IMG/VR virus record: IMGVR_UViG_3300028886_000028
Span: 256,001-320,000 of that record
DNA length: 64,000 nt
DNA from: a virus
Lineage: Duplodnaviria > Caudoviricetes
Strand: one strand, 5' to 3'
The notes under the pieces are model-generated. The model saw only the letters and a program-made list of their open reading frames with translations. It made no database searches and was not told the origin of the DNA. The translations under genes and the position numbers were made by a program. Of this stretch, positions 1 through 8,675 are shown in pieces. The stretch's first letter is position 1. Every line of letters begins with the position of its first letter.

Positions 1-1
1 G

Positions 2-118
2 GAATTGAGGCGTCTAGAAGCAGAAAAGAAAAAAATTGAAGATAATATAAATAAGTTAAAAGAAAGAAGAAAAGAGTGCTTTAAATCATTGTCAACTAAT
101 TTTATAAAAAAATCTTAA
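2..118 (+). CDS. 3' end of a hypothetical protein (truncated by window start)
   Basis: Open frame ELRRLEAEKKKIEDNINKLKE...S* from base 2 to TAA at 116-118. Confidence 0.5.
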   Translation, partial: ELRRLEAEKKKIEDNINKLKERRKECFKSLSTNFIKKS

Positions 119-165
119 ACTTTTTGAAAAATTAATATATTTATATAAAAACAAAAAATTAAAAA

Positions 166-258
166 ATGAAAAACGTAACAATTTACATACCAGAATATAT
201 TTATGGCGGCTACGAAGAGAATTATCTTTTCGGAGGTGAACCTATTGCGTTTGGTTAA
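166..258 (+). CDS. 30-aa small peptide (MKNVTIYIPEYIYGGYEENYLFGGEPIAFG)
   Basis: ATG after A-rich leader and TATTTATA motif; followed by an intrinsic terminator. Confidence 0.45.
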   Translation: MKNVTIYIPEYIYGGYEENYLFGGEPIAFG

Positions 259-301
259 GTAGATTGTCTTGATATGCGTTTTATTATAAATAAGGCTTAT
301 T

Positions 302-335
302 AGGTGGATAATCTACGCGGTTATCCACCTTTTTT
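302..335 (+). terminator. Intrinsic terminator
   Basis: AGGTGGATAA/TTATCCACCT 10-bp stem plus T run. Confidence 0.8.
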
Positions 336-357
336 GCATTTTTTAACTCATAAAATT

Positions 358-388
358 TTTGTTTTATAAATATTTTATGTATATTTGC
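358..388 (+). promoter_or_regulatory. Bacteroidota primary-sigma-type promoter (representative of dozens in the window)
   Basis: TTTG ... TATATTTG matching the -33 TTTG / -7 TAnnTTTG consensus, directly before cassette 1 and tRNA-Glu. Confidence 0.75.
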
Positions 389-403
389 AAAGATTTAACA
401 AAC

Positions 404-465
404 AAGGAAACATACAGCAAGTTTAATTTATGGATTGCAACTCTTTAAAAACAAATGTTTCCTAA
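404..465 (+). ncRNA. ACAGCAA cassette 1 (cargo: Cys-GCA anticodon stem-loop mimic)
   Basis: Stem AGGAAACAT(405-413)/ATGTTTCCT(455-463), ACAGCAA, internal GGA-TTGCAAC-TCT. Confidence 0.75.
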
Positions 466-469
466 ACAT

Positions 470-541
470 GGCCGGTTAGTGTAGCGGTCAGCACACGAGA
501 TTTTCATTCTCGGGACGGGGTTTCGACTACCCCACCGGCTA
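470..541 (+). tRNA. tRNA-Glu(TTC)
   Basis: Cloverleaf; CGAGA-TTTTCAT-TCTCG anticodon arm, TTCGA T-loop. Confidence 0.92.
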
Positions 542-566
542 CTTAATAGAATTTTAAAATGATGTT

Positions 567-818
567 ATGGCTAAACTTGTAGCAATTAACTGGGAAAGTT
601 TGAAAAGTGGAGCGATGCTTCGAATGAAAGATTTTCCATCAATAAAACTTTTGAAACTTAGTAACTCTAAAGCCTGTTATTTTCCATATGGCGACGATTC
701 AATTATAGTTGATATAAAAGAATATGAATCTGAAATTAATGGCTTTTATTATTATTTTCAGACAAAAAAAGACGACTGGCATCCATTAACAATAAGACTT
801 TGGGAAGAATATGATTGA
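567..818 (+). CDS. Hypothetical protein
   Basis: 83-aa ORF overlapping the next start. Confidence 0.65.
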   Translation: MAKLVAINWESLKSGAMLRMKDFPSIKLLKLSNSKACYFPYGDDSIIVDIKEYESEINGFYYYFQTKKDDWHPLTIRLWEEYD

Positions 819-1275
819 AAATAGTATTAGCCTTGCGTATAAAAGGATGAAAGAAAAAAAGTGGGATAAAATATATGTGCTGATTGATATACATAACACT
901 ATATTTAGACCTTCTTATCGTAACGGAGAAACTTATCAATGGTTTAATGGTGCTAAAGAAGCACTACAGTTTTTAACCAAAAATAGTAAGATTTGTTTGA
1001 TATTGTGGACTTCATCACATAAATCAAATATTGATGAATACATAAAAGTGTTTGAAGAAAATGGAATTCATTTTGATTATGTTAATGAAAATCCGGAAGT
1101 AACAAATGACGATATTGGAAATTTCGATAAAAAATTATATTTCAATATAGGAATTGACGATAAATTTGGCTTTGATGCAGAAAATGGAGACTGGATGTCA
1201 TTGTTGAAAAAAGTGACAACATTATTTCCATTAAAAAATGATGAGAAATGGGCAGAAGATGAACTGAAAATATAA
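811..1275 (+). CDS. HAD-superfamily hydrolase-like protein
   Basis: DIHNTI (DxD-like), LILWTS, VNENP and IDDK motifs. Confidence 0.65.
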   Translation: MIENSISLAYKRMKEKKWDKIYVLIDIHNTIFRPSYRNGETYQWFNGAKEALQFLTKNSKICLILWTSSHKSNIDEYIKVFEENGIHFDYVNENPEVTNDDIGNFDKKLYFNIGIDDKFGFDAENGDWMSLLKKVTTLFPLKNDEKWAEDELKI

Positions 1276-1282
1276 AATAACA

Positions 1283-1354
1283 CGGGAATTTACAGCAATT
1301 TTTGTTAAAACATATGAATATCTTACATAGAACGTTGAACACTTAGTTCCCTAA
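1283..1354 (+). ncRNA. ACAGCAA cassette 2
   Basis: Stem GGGAATT/AGTTCCC, TACAGCAA; shares inner scaffold TGTTAAAACAT...AACGTTGAACA with cassette 8. Confidence 0.75.
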
Positions 1355-1373
1355 TTTTAAAAGTACAGTAAAT

Positions 1374-1628
1374 ATGTTAAGAGGAAGTGATATTGAAATA
1401 ATATGCAAAAACAAAATGGAATACTTATTTATGGCTTCATTAATAAGTTCCGATAATATAAGAACTATAAAAGACGCAGAGGAATCATTGAAATTTATAA
1501 GTGAAGTAGAAGAAGCATTAAAAACGGCTCAAATTTCAGAAGATAAGAAAAAAGAATTTGAAAAATATATAGAAAAAGGAAAAAATATATTACAAACAGA
1601 TGTAGAAAGATTTAAAAACGAAAAATAA
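1374..1628 (+). CDS. Hypothetical protein
   Basis: 84-aa ORF. Confidence 0.6.
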   Translation: MLRGSDIEIICKNKMEYLFMASLISSDNIRTIKDAEESLKFISEVEEALKTAQISEDKKKEFEKYIEKGKNILQTDVERFKNEK

Positions 1629-1630
1629 AT

Positions 1631-1711
1631 TGTGTGGTTCCAGAGTGGTCAAATGGGCTTGACTGTAAATCAAGTGCTTCGGCTTCGGAGGTCCGAATCC
1701 TCCCCACACAA
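1631..1711 (+). tRNA. tRNA-Tyr(GTA)
   Basis: CTTGA-CTGTAAA-TCAAG arm, long variable arm, TGTGTGG/CCACACA acceptor. Confidence 0.92.
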
Positions 1712-1836
1712 CAAATAATAAATTAACATTTTTTTACAAGTTTTATTTTGCTTTTAAAATGTTTTTTTGTATATTTGCATAAATAACTCTAAATTTGAAA
1801 TTTCTCAACCTTGGCAAAGGCTAAAAACAATAAAGC

Positions 1837-1975
1837 AAGGAATCTAACAGCAAAAACTATATTTAGCAATTGGGGCCGTTGACGGTAGTTCGATTCTGCC
1901 TGCCCTGACGAACAATATGCGCTAAACATCAGGGTATAGTTCAGTGGTAGAATAACGTATTTAAATGATTCCTAA
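1837..1975 (+). ncRNA. ACAGCAA cassette 3 carrying circularly permuted tRNA-Gln(TTG)-like body
   Basis: Stem AGGAATC/GATTCCT; tRNA 3' part 1866-1908 precedes 5' part 1930-1957. Confidence 0.85.
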
Positions 1976-1981
1976 CATTAA

Positions 1982-2055
1982 CGGGGTGTAGCTCAGTAGG
2001 TTAGAGTGCTAGTTTTGGGAACTAGTTGTCGCAGGTTCGAGTCCTGTCACCCCGA
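1982..2055 (+). tRNA. tRNA-Pro(TGG)
   Basis: CGGGGTG/CACCCCG acceptor, CTAGT-TTTGGGA-ACTAG arm. Confidence 0.95.
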
Positions 2056-2195
2056 CAATAACCGCTGAGGCGCAAGAGCAATCGCAAGTGAGACGATAGT
2101 AAATAATGGACGGCGTGTAAACAACACATAAAAAGCCTCACCCATTTGAGGGTAGAATCAATCCGATAATCACTCTACGCAGTCAGGTTATAAAA

Positions 2196-2338
2196 ATAAT
2201 ATCAAATAATCGTTCCACGTAAGTCCAATAAACTGTGGGTTCGTGAAAATCGAAAGAATGTACCAGGTTATCTTCCTGGAGAGGTATGGGTGGAGGTAAG
2301 GTCTCTAGCAAAAGCCCAAACGTGATAGTTGATATTAT
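2196..2338 (+). ncRNA. Unassigned structured RNA
   Basis: 10-bp closing stem ATAATATCAA/TTGATATTAT with GC-rich internal hairpins, no ORF. Confidence 0.45.
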
Positions 2339-2344
2339 ATCGTC

Positions 2345-2460
2345 AAGGAGTCTAACAGCATATGTATAATTACGACGGTTAGCTTAGTGGTTAAAGCCTT
2401 GGATTTTACTAAGAGACGTTGGTTCGAATCCAGCACCACCGGGTTTAAAATGACTCCTAT
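2345..2460 (+). ncRNA. ACAGCA cassette 4 carrying a tRNA body with truncated acceptor and collapsed anticodon loop
   Basis: Stem AGGAGTC/GACTCCT; D arm GCTT-AGTGGTT-AAAGC and T arm GTTGG-TTCGAAT-CCAGC at 2376-2441. Confidence 0.8.
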
Positions 2461-2495
2461 TTTTTGAAAAACATTAATTTAAAAAAATAAAGATT

Positions 2496-2831
2496 ATGCT
2501 ACATGTTTATGAAAAAGTAACAAAGGATAAAATAGACTTTCCTGCGTATACATTATGCTTTCTTGGCATAATAATGAATAAACTTGAGTTTTATGGTTTA
2601 ATAGACGGTAAAAAAGGTAAGATTGATACAGAATCTCCTACTACACTCGTTATACCTGTTGTAAGCAGAAAGTTTGAATATTGCTATGATGGCATAGAAC
2701 TTATTAAAAAAACATTGAAACGTAGAGGCTTTGTGTGTGATATGGCTCATTACAAAACCATCGAAATTGACGAAAAAGATGGAACAAAAAGTAAAGGCTA
2801 TTCATACGAATATAAAATCTCAAAAGCCTAG
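2496..2831 (+). CDS. Hypothetical protein
   Basis: 111-aa ORF. Confidence 0.7.
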   Translation: MLHVYEKVTKDKIDFPAYTLCFLGIIMNKLEFYGLIDGKKGKIDTESPTTLVIPVVSRKFEYCYDGIELIKKTLKRRGFVCDMAHYKTIEIDEKDGTKSKGYSYEYKISKA

Positions 2832-2842
2832 TATATAATACA

Positions 2843-2909
2843 CGGGAGCGTACAGCAAAGTTTATGCATATTCACAGTAATTTTTGGGTAGTTAAACAGG
2901 CGTTCCCTT
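2843..2909 (+). ncRNA. ACAGCAA cassette 5
   Basis: Stem GGGAGCG/CGTTCCC, TACAGCAA. Confidence 0.7.
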
Positions 2910-2959
2910 TTTTTGAATTTATTGTTTTAAATTATAATAATTGTAATTAAAAAAAAAGA

Positions 2960-3982
2960 ATGAAGAAGTTTTTGTTTATGTTTGCCCTAATGTTGGGCGT
3001 AGTAAGTGCAAATGCGCAGATTGCTACACAGAATAGTGCTGCGCTTGATAATGTTAGTGTTGGAGTTACAGCTGGCGTATCTACTCCGCTTGATTTTAAC
3101 AGTGTTTTCCCTCTAAATACAAACTTGGGAATTAAGTTGCAGAAGGATTTTACAACTGCATTTGGCGTACAAATAGAGGGATTGGCGTTTCTTAATGATA
3201 ACCATTTTTCTGATATTAGTACCGCAGTAAAAGCAACAAATGTTGGCGCAAATGGCGTATTTAACCTTTCTAACATTTTTGGCGGATATAATGGAACGCC
3301 TAGGGTTTTTGAGGTTAGCACTGTAACTGGTATTGGGTGGTTGCATAGTTGGGACACAAAAAGTAATTTCCTAACTTCAAAGACAGGTATTGATTTTGCA
3401 TTCAATCTTGGTAATGAAAAGGCGCATTCAATTGTTATTACTCCAGCCGTCTATTGGAATCTTAATAAATTCGGTCATGTTCATTTTGACAAGCGTGGTT
3501 CACAGTTAGCAATTAATGTGTCATATGTTTATCACTTCAAGACTACTAATGGTACTCGTCATTTTAAGACGTATGATGTTGGAGCCATGATAGGTGAGAT
3601 TTCACGCTTGAATGCATCACTTGCTGAATGTGAAAAACGTGAGCCAAAGGTTATTGAAAGAGTAGTAGAAGTACCAGCAATCAATGGAGCAGCAGTTAAA
3701 ACCGGCAATGAAATGTGGGTAGTACCATTTGCTGTAGGAGAATCTACTCTTAGCAGTATCGCACAGGAAGTACTTAATCAGATTGGTAATGATGCAATCG
3801 TAGATGTTACTGCAACAGCATCACCGGATGGCCCAACTTATTTCAATAAGAGGCTTTCAGAGAGACGTGCAGCAGCAGTTGCTGATTATCTTACCAAACG
3901 TGGCGTTCGTGTGAATAGTTGGGCAGGAGAAGGCGTAAATCCTGAGACTGGACGTTCAGCAATCGTTAAGACTATTCAGTAG
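2960..3982 (+). CDS. OmpA-family outer-membrane protein (Bacteroidota type)
   Basis: Signal peptide, beta-barrel-like N-part, C-terminal ASPDG..FNKRLSERRAAAVADYL motif. Confidence 0.85.
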   Translation: MKKFLFMFALMLGVVSANAQIATQNSAALDNVSVGVTAGVSTPLDFNSVFPLNTNLGIKLQKDFTTAFGVQIEGLAFLNDNHFSDISTAVKATNVGANGVFNLSNIFGGYNGTPRVFEVSTVTGIGWLHSWDTKSNFLTSKTGIDFAFNLGNEKAHSIVITPAVYWNLNKFGHVHFDKRGSQLAINVSYVYHFKTTNGTRHFKTYDVGAMIGEISRLNASLAECEKREPKVIERVVEVPAINGAAVKTGNEMWVVPFAVGESTLSSIAQEVLNQIGNDAIVDVTATASPDGPTYFNKRLSERRAAAVADYLTKRGVRVNSWAGEGVNPETGRSAIVKTIQ

Positions 3983-4253
3983 TTATATATAGATATATTT
4001 GGCAGTGTTGATGAAGTACACTGCAAGCCTTATGAATCACGTTTTGGGTAGTAGTTTTTTGTGTTCTTTCATTATCAGAGGTTTTACTTTACCAAGCGTG
4101 GTAAAGGAGTGATTCAAATAAGGCGGTTGCCGATAAACGTAAACGGCTCGTGGCGTGTACCAAACGAGAGAATTGCAAAATTTTCAAGAAGCACGTTTAT
4201 CCTGTTTGCTGCTGCAAATAAAAGGTACTGGGCAAACCTAAATTGCCCAATTC

Positions 4254-4328
4254 GCAGGCGTCGCCTAGTTGATTATGGCACTTGGCTTCCAACCAGGAAT
4301 AACGTGGGTTTGAATCCCATCGCCTGCT
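4254..4328 (+). tRNA. tRNA-Gly(TCC)
   Basis: GCAGGCG/CGCCTGC acceptor, CTTGG-CTTCCAA-CCAGG arm, U73. Confidence 0.88.
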
Positions 4329-4397
4329 CATAATAAATGTCAGTTCTATTTACATTTTTCGCTCTTTTACTAATATTTATATACAAATAGATGTATT

Positions 4398-5168
4398 ATG
4401 GATATTAGTAAATTAAATGAAATTTTAGAGAAAAGTAAAAGTATGAGTGATGTTGCCAGATGTATTTTTGGCAAAGAAAATTATACTAATCGTGAAAAAT
4501 GCAAAAAAATCATTGAAGACTATGGTATAGACTGGAAAAAATGGTTAGCAGAAAAAAATATTAAGCCAAAAAGATATTGTCTTTATTGTGGTAAAGAAAT
4601 AACAGAAGGTGATAGTAGAAAAAAATTTTGTAACTCTTCTTGTGCAGCCAGCTATAACAATAAAGGTAAAAAACATTCTGATAATACAAAAAAGAAAATT
4701 TCAGAAGTATTACAAAAAAAAAGTGCTTCTTTTGATGGGACTATAAAACCAATAAAGGCAAGGTATAGAAGAAGTAAAGAAAATACCAATTGTTTGTATT
4801 GCGGAAAAGAGCTGAATGGCTATAGATTTTGTGATAATATATGTCGTTCAAAGTATAAAGCAAAACAATACATAGAACGTTGGAAAAAAGGAGAGGAAAC
4901 AGGATTAAGTGGTAAATATGGAATGGCAAGGGCAGTAAGAAATTATATTTTTGAAAGCAAAGAAAATAAATGTGAGTGCTGTGGCAATAACTATATAAAT
5001 CCATATACAGGTTTATCAGTTCTTCAAATACATCACAAGGACGGAGATTGCACGAACAACAAGGAAGAAAATCTTCAATTGCTTTGTCCAACTTGTCATG
5101 CAATGACAGAAAATTTCGGAAGCAGAAATAAAAATGCTACTAGAATAGATAATAGGAAAAGATATTAA
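4398..5168 (+). CDS. HNH endonuclease (free-standing homing endonuclease-like)
   Basis: Two CxxC...FC zinc knuckles and C-terminal CECCG...LQIHHKDGD..NN...NL.LLCPTCH. Confidence 0.9.
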   Translation: MDISKLNEILEKSKSMSDVARCIFGKENYTNREKCKKIIEDYGIDWKKWLAEKNIKPKRYCLYCGKEITEGDSRKKFCNSSCAASYNNKGKKHSDNTKKKISEVLQKKSASFDGTIKPIKARYRRSKENTNCLYCGKELNGYRFCDNICRSKYKAKQYIERWKKGEETGLSGKYGMARAVRNYIFESKENKCECCGNNYINPYTGLSVLQIHHKDGDCTNNKEENLQLLCPTCHAMTENFGSRNKNATRIDNRKRY

Positions 5169-5209
5169 ATATCGGGTAGACTCCCTGTTAGTCACAGGAC
5201 CGGCTCTAT

Positions 5210-5282
5210 GCGGATATAGCTCAATTGGTAGAGCGTCTGCTTGCCATGCAGAAGGTTGGGGAATCGTGCTCCCTTATCCGCT
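5210..5282 (+). tRNA. tRNA-Gly(GCC)
   Basis: GCGGATA/TATCCGC, TCTGC-TTGCCAT-GCAGA; atypical T-loop ATCGTGC. Confidence 0.88.
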
Positions 5283-5316
5283 CAATGAATTTAATAACTA
5301 ACTAAAAAAATCAAGA

Positions 5317-5640
5317 ATGGTAACAACAGCATTATTTACAGAAGCATTTTGGTACTATGCACCGATTTTGGCTTCTTTAACAGTAACAATTGCAGGAGCA
5401 ATTAATGGAAAATTTAACATCACAAATGGTATGTGGCCTCAGATTGTAGCATGGATTGTAGGCGTGGTGCTAACAGTAGGTGGATGGTTTATCGGTCTTG
5501 TACCACTAGGCGAACCTACTTGGCTTGCTATCGTTTGTTTGTGTGGTGTTGTAGGCCTTAGCAGTAATGGTATTTATGATATTCCATTTATCAAGAATTT
5601 GATAGATAAGATGCTGCCAGACGAAAAGTCTAAGGCTTAA
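5317..5640 (+). CDS. Small multi-pass membrane protein (holin-like)
   Basis: Three hydrophobic segments, GLSSNGIYD, charged C-terminus. Confidence 0.55.
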   Translation: MVTTALFTEAFWYYAPILASLTVTIAGAINGKFNITNGMWPQIVAWIVGVVLTVGGWFIGLVPLGEPTWLAIVCLCGVVGLSSNGIYDIPFIKNLIDKMLPDEKSKA

Positions 5641-5855
5641 ATTTATACGCCGAACAAAGGGCTACAGTAGGCAAACGTCAAACCAAAGCCCTTGAACCTC
5701 GTAAACGTCTCAACCGCATTATGCAAAGAGAGAGGTAACAGACCATTGGGCAATTCCATAGGAGTGTTGTTAGGACGTTTATTGCACCATCAATATGGTG
5801 CAATTTTTTTGTTTGTATATTTCTTTTTTTTAACTTTTTTTTGTATATTTGTATT

Positions 5856-6074
5856 ATGAAAAAATATGCAGAAAAATGTTGGCGATGTGGAAAGCCATTA
5901 ATATGTCACGGAAGCTTTATGATTAGTGACTGGGAAGGTATAGAAATGGATGAAAATGATGACGCTGTTATAACAGATTATTATTGTCCATATTGTGGTA
6001 TGGAATATTCTATTACAGATACGCCTAAAAATCAAATGAACAATTATCAATATTTTAAAAAAGAGCAAACATGA
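5856..6074 (+). CDS. Zinc-ribbon protein
   Basis: CWRCG...CPYCG; ATG after promoter. Confidence 0.65.
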   Translation: MKKYAEKCWRCGKPLICHGSFMISDWEGIEMDENDDAVITDYYCPYCGMEYSITDTPKNQMNNYQYFKKEQT

Positions 6075-6457
6075 AATTTGGAGAAAGTTATGAGATTTTA
6101 ACAAAGGGAGGTTTTGTTGCCAGAAAGATTTGGGAAGGAGTTTTTATTTGGCTTAAACCTTCAGCAATAGTTAAATCAGAATGGTGCAGAGACCCAATTT
6201 TGAAAATGATTGCTGATGCAAATGGTGGAGAAGTGAAAGCTGAAGCTGTTTTGTGCAAGCATAACATTTATAAAAATGAAGTTATGACTGGTTGGATTCC
6301 GCAACAAGATGATTTGGCAGCAGATGATTGGCATGAATGTAAACCAGAAATAGTAAATGGCATATCTGGTAAACTTATTGTTATTGATAGCGCTAATAAA
6401 AATGATGGCTATGTTGGTGATTTGTTTGATGGGGCAGATGTAATTAAAAAACCATAA
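6071..6457 (+). CDS. DUF2829 / Tad2-like protein
   Basis: MKFGES...G..VARK.W and GWIPQQDDLAADDW motifs. Confidence 0.8.
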   Translation: MKFGESYEILTKGGFVARKIWEGVFIWLKPSAIVKSEWCRDPILKMIADANGGEVKAEAVLCKHNIYKNEVMTGWIPQQDDLAADDWHECKPEIVNGISGKLIVIDSANKNDGYVGDLFDGADVIKKP

Positions 6458-6614
6458 ATTGTATTTTCATGTATAAAGTGCTATTCATTTATGACATTTA
6501 TGATGTAGATGAAGAACCAGATATTGAACCATATTTTGGAATAATGCCTCAAAAAAGGTCAATATAATTGCGTTTTTATTTACTCCACAAATTAATTTAT
6601 TATATTATATAAAA

Positions 6615-6700
6615 GCACCCGTACCCGAACTGGTATAGGGGCTACACTAAGGATGTAGTGTTCCGAAAGGGCATTGTGGGTTCGAGTCCCACCGGGTGTA
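6615..6700 (+). tRNA. tRNA-Leu(AAG)
   Basis: CTACA-CTAAGGA-TGTAG arm, long variable arm, A73. Confidence 0.88.
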
Positions 6701-6728
6701 CTAAAAATAATATAGTAATTTTTTTTAT

Positions 6729-7280
6729 ATGTCTGAATTTAAAACAATTGATGAAGATGGGGTTTTATTGAGAAGGTGTTGGGCAATGCCTAATAAAAAC
6801 ACTTTCTCAATAAAGCCGTTTAAAGAACTTATTGAAAAATACAAAGCTGAATTACCTGAAGGGGCTATCATATTAGACCCATTTGCTAATTCAAATAAGC
6901 ATGGCACGATAACAAATGATATAGACCCACAATATGATACAGATTATCATTTAGACGCAAAAGATTTTCTTAAGTTGTTTAGCGACAGCTCAATAGATAT
7001 GATATTGTATGACCCACCATTTTCGCCTACACAAGTTGTTACTTGTTATAAAAAACTAGAAAAAACCGTTGATTGGGAAAGTACATCTGCTTCTTTTTGG
7101 TCTAAACAAAAAGAGGAAATAGGAAGAATTTTAAAACCTGGAGGTATTTGCATAACGTTTGGATGGAATTCTGGTGGAGTAGGTAAAAAATATGGATGCG
7201 AAATAAAGGAAATATTACTTGTAGCACACGGAGGTCAGCATAACGATACTATTGCAGTTGTTGATGAAAAAATAAAATAG
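6729..7280 (+). CDS. Small adenine-specific DNA methyltransferase
   Basis: DPFAN motif I-like, YDPPFS motif IV, RILKPGG. Confidence 0.8.
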   Translation: MSEFKTIDEDGVLLRRCWAMPNKNTFSIKPFKELIEKYKAELPEGAIILDPFANSNKHGTITNDIDPQYDTDYHLDAKDFLKLFSDSSIDMILYDPPFSPTQVVTCYKKLEKTVDWESTSASFWSKQKEEIGRILKPGGICITFGWNSGGVGKKYGCEIKEILLVAHGGQHNDTIAVVDEKIK

Positions 7281-7283
7281 AAT

Positions 7284-8060
7284 ATGGCAATAGAAGTAAA
7301 CAAAATATATAATGAAGATTGTTTTGATACTATGAAACGTATGGAGGACAGGTCTATCAATGTAATATTGACAAGTCCTCCATATAACATGACGAAACGA
7401 AAAGGAGGCTATGCTGACAGTGGAAGGTATGATGTCTATAAAGATTGGAAAACTGAAAAAGAATATTTAGATTTTACTAAAAACTTGTTTAATGAATTTA
7501 ATAGAATCATATCTGATAATGGAGTAGTATTATATAATTTCGGCTACAGTATTGAAAATCCTGCATTACCTTATAAATTAGTAACTGAAATAGTTGAAAA
7601 TACTAACTGGCGTTTAGTTGACACTATATGTTGGAAAAAAAGTAGTGGTTTGCCTTTTCCTGCTAATAAATGTAGATTAAGCAGAACTTGGGAATATGTA
7701 TTTGTTTTTGCGAAAAATGGTATGATAAATGATTTTTTCATTGATAAAGGAATAGCATCAATTAGTGAAAAAACAAATCAAATATATTATAATGTATTTT
7801 ATAACTATATTGAAGCTAGAAACAATGATGAAAAAACAAATAAATTGAATCAAGCAACGTTTAGTAGTGAATTAGTTGTTAAACTTCTTGACTTATATTC
7901 AAGTGATGGCTTTATAATATACGACCCATTTATGGGGACAGGGACAACAGCAATAGGTTGTTTGAAGTCAAAAAAACAATTATATTATATTGGTAGTGAA
8001 ATATCAGAAGAACAGGTAAAATATTCTATAGAAAGGATAAACAAAACTCATTTTGTCTAA
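7284..8060 (+). CDS. N4-C/N6-A DNA methyltransferase (beta class)
   Basis: TSPPY then DPFMGTGTT. Confidence 0.9.
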   Translation: MAIEVNKIYNEDCFDTMKRMEDRSINVILTSPPYNMTKRKGGYADSGRYDVYKDWKTEKEYLDFTKNLFNEFNRIISDNGVVLYNFGYSIENPALPYKLVTEIVENTNWRLVDTICWKKSSGLPFPANKCRLSRTWEYVFVFAKNGMINDFFIDKGIASISEKTNQIYYNVFYNYIEARNNDEKTNKLNQATFSSELVVKLLDLYSSDGFIIYDPFMGTGTTAIGCLKSKKQLYYIGSEISEEQVKYSIERINKTHFV

Positions 8061-8081
8061 TATTTATTAAGAAAAAACATT

Positions 8082-8387
8082 ATGAATATAGACAAAATAA
8101 TAACAGAATCTATTAATAAAGTATTAAAAGAAGTTTGCGAAATAGACAATGCTCCTAATGGTTGGCATAGTTGGGCTGAAACAGATGCTGAAAATGGTAT
8201 GACGCCGGAAGAAGGTAAAGCAATTAGAATGCAGCCTGGTAATGCTGCTCGCGCTAAAGAACCAACACCAGTAACAACTGATTTCAGTAAAAGACCAACT
8301 GTTGAAGAATGGGAAGAAGTATATAAACCTATGGGTATGAAATATGGTGATTATTGTGAAAAAATTTATGGTGTTAAATTACGTTAA
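8082..8387 (+). CDS. Hypothetical protein (possible virion-internal protein)
   Basis: IDKIITESINKVLKE N-terminus; preceded by TATTTAT motif. Confidence 0.65.
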   Translation: MNIDKIITESINKVLKEVCEIDNAPNGWHSWAETDAENGMTPEEGKAIRMQPGNAARAKEPTPVTTDFSKRPTVEEWEEVYKPMGMKYGDYCEKIYGVKLR

Positions 8388-8586
8388 TTGCTTGTTTATT
8401 TGATTTTTTTTTTGTATATTTGCATTGTTAATTGAAAAAATAATAAATATGGTATACGTTTTAACATTTTTTGGCTTTATGACAGTGTTGGGCGCAATTA
8501 TAGCAGTAATTGAGGCAAGAAAAGCCCCATTGGTAAGTGATAAAGAGCCTTTTTTACATGATGATTATGTAGGAAATTAATATAAT

Positions 8587-8661
8587 GCACCTGTAGCTCA
8601 GCCGCATCAGAGCATGGCACTTCTAATGCCAGGGTCCCGGGTTGGAATCCCGGCAGGTGTA
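8587..8661 (+). tRNA. tRNA-Arg(TCT)
   Basis: TGGCA-CTTCTAA-TGCCA arm, GCACCTG/CAGGTGT acceptor. Confidence 0.88.
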
Positions 8662-8675
8662 CAAATTAAAATACA

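Noticed and set aside
4061-4333. 90-aa ORF
   Set aside because: Overlaps tRNA-Gly and structured RNA; no protein motifs.
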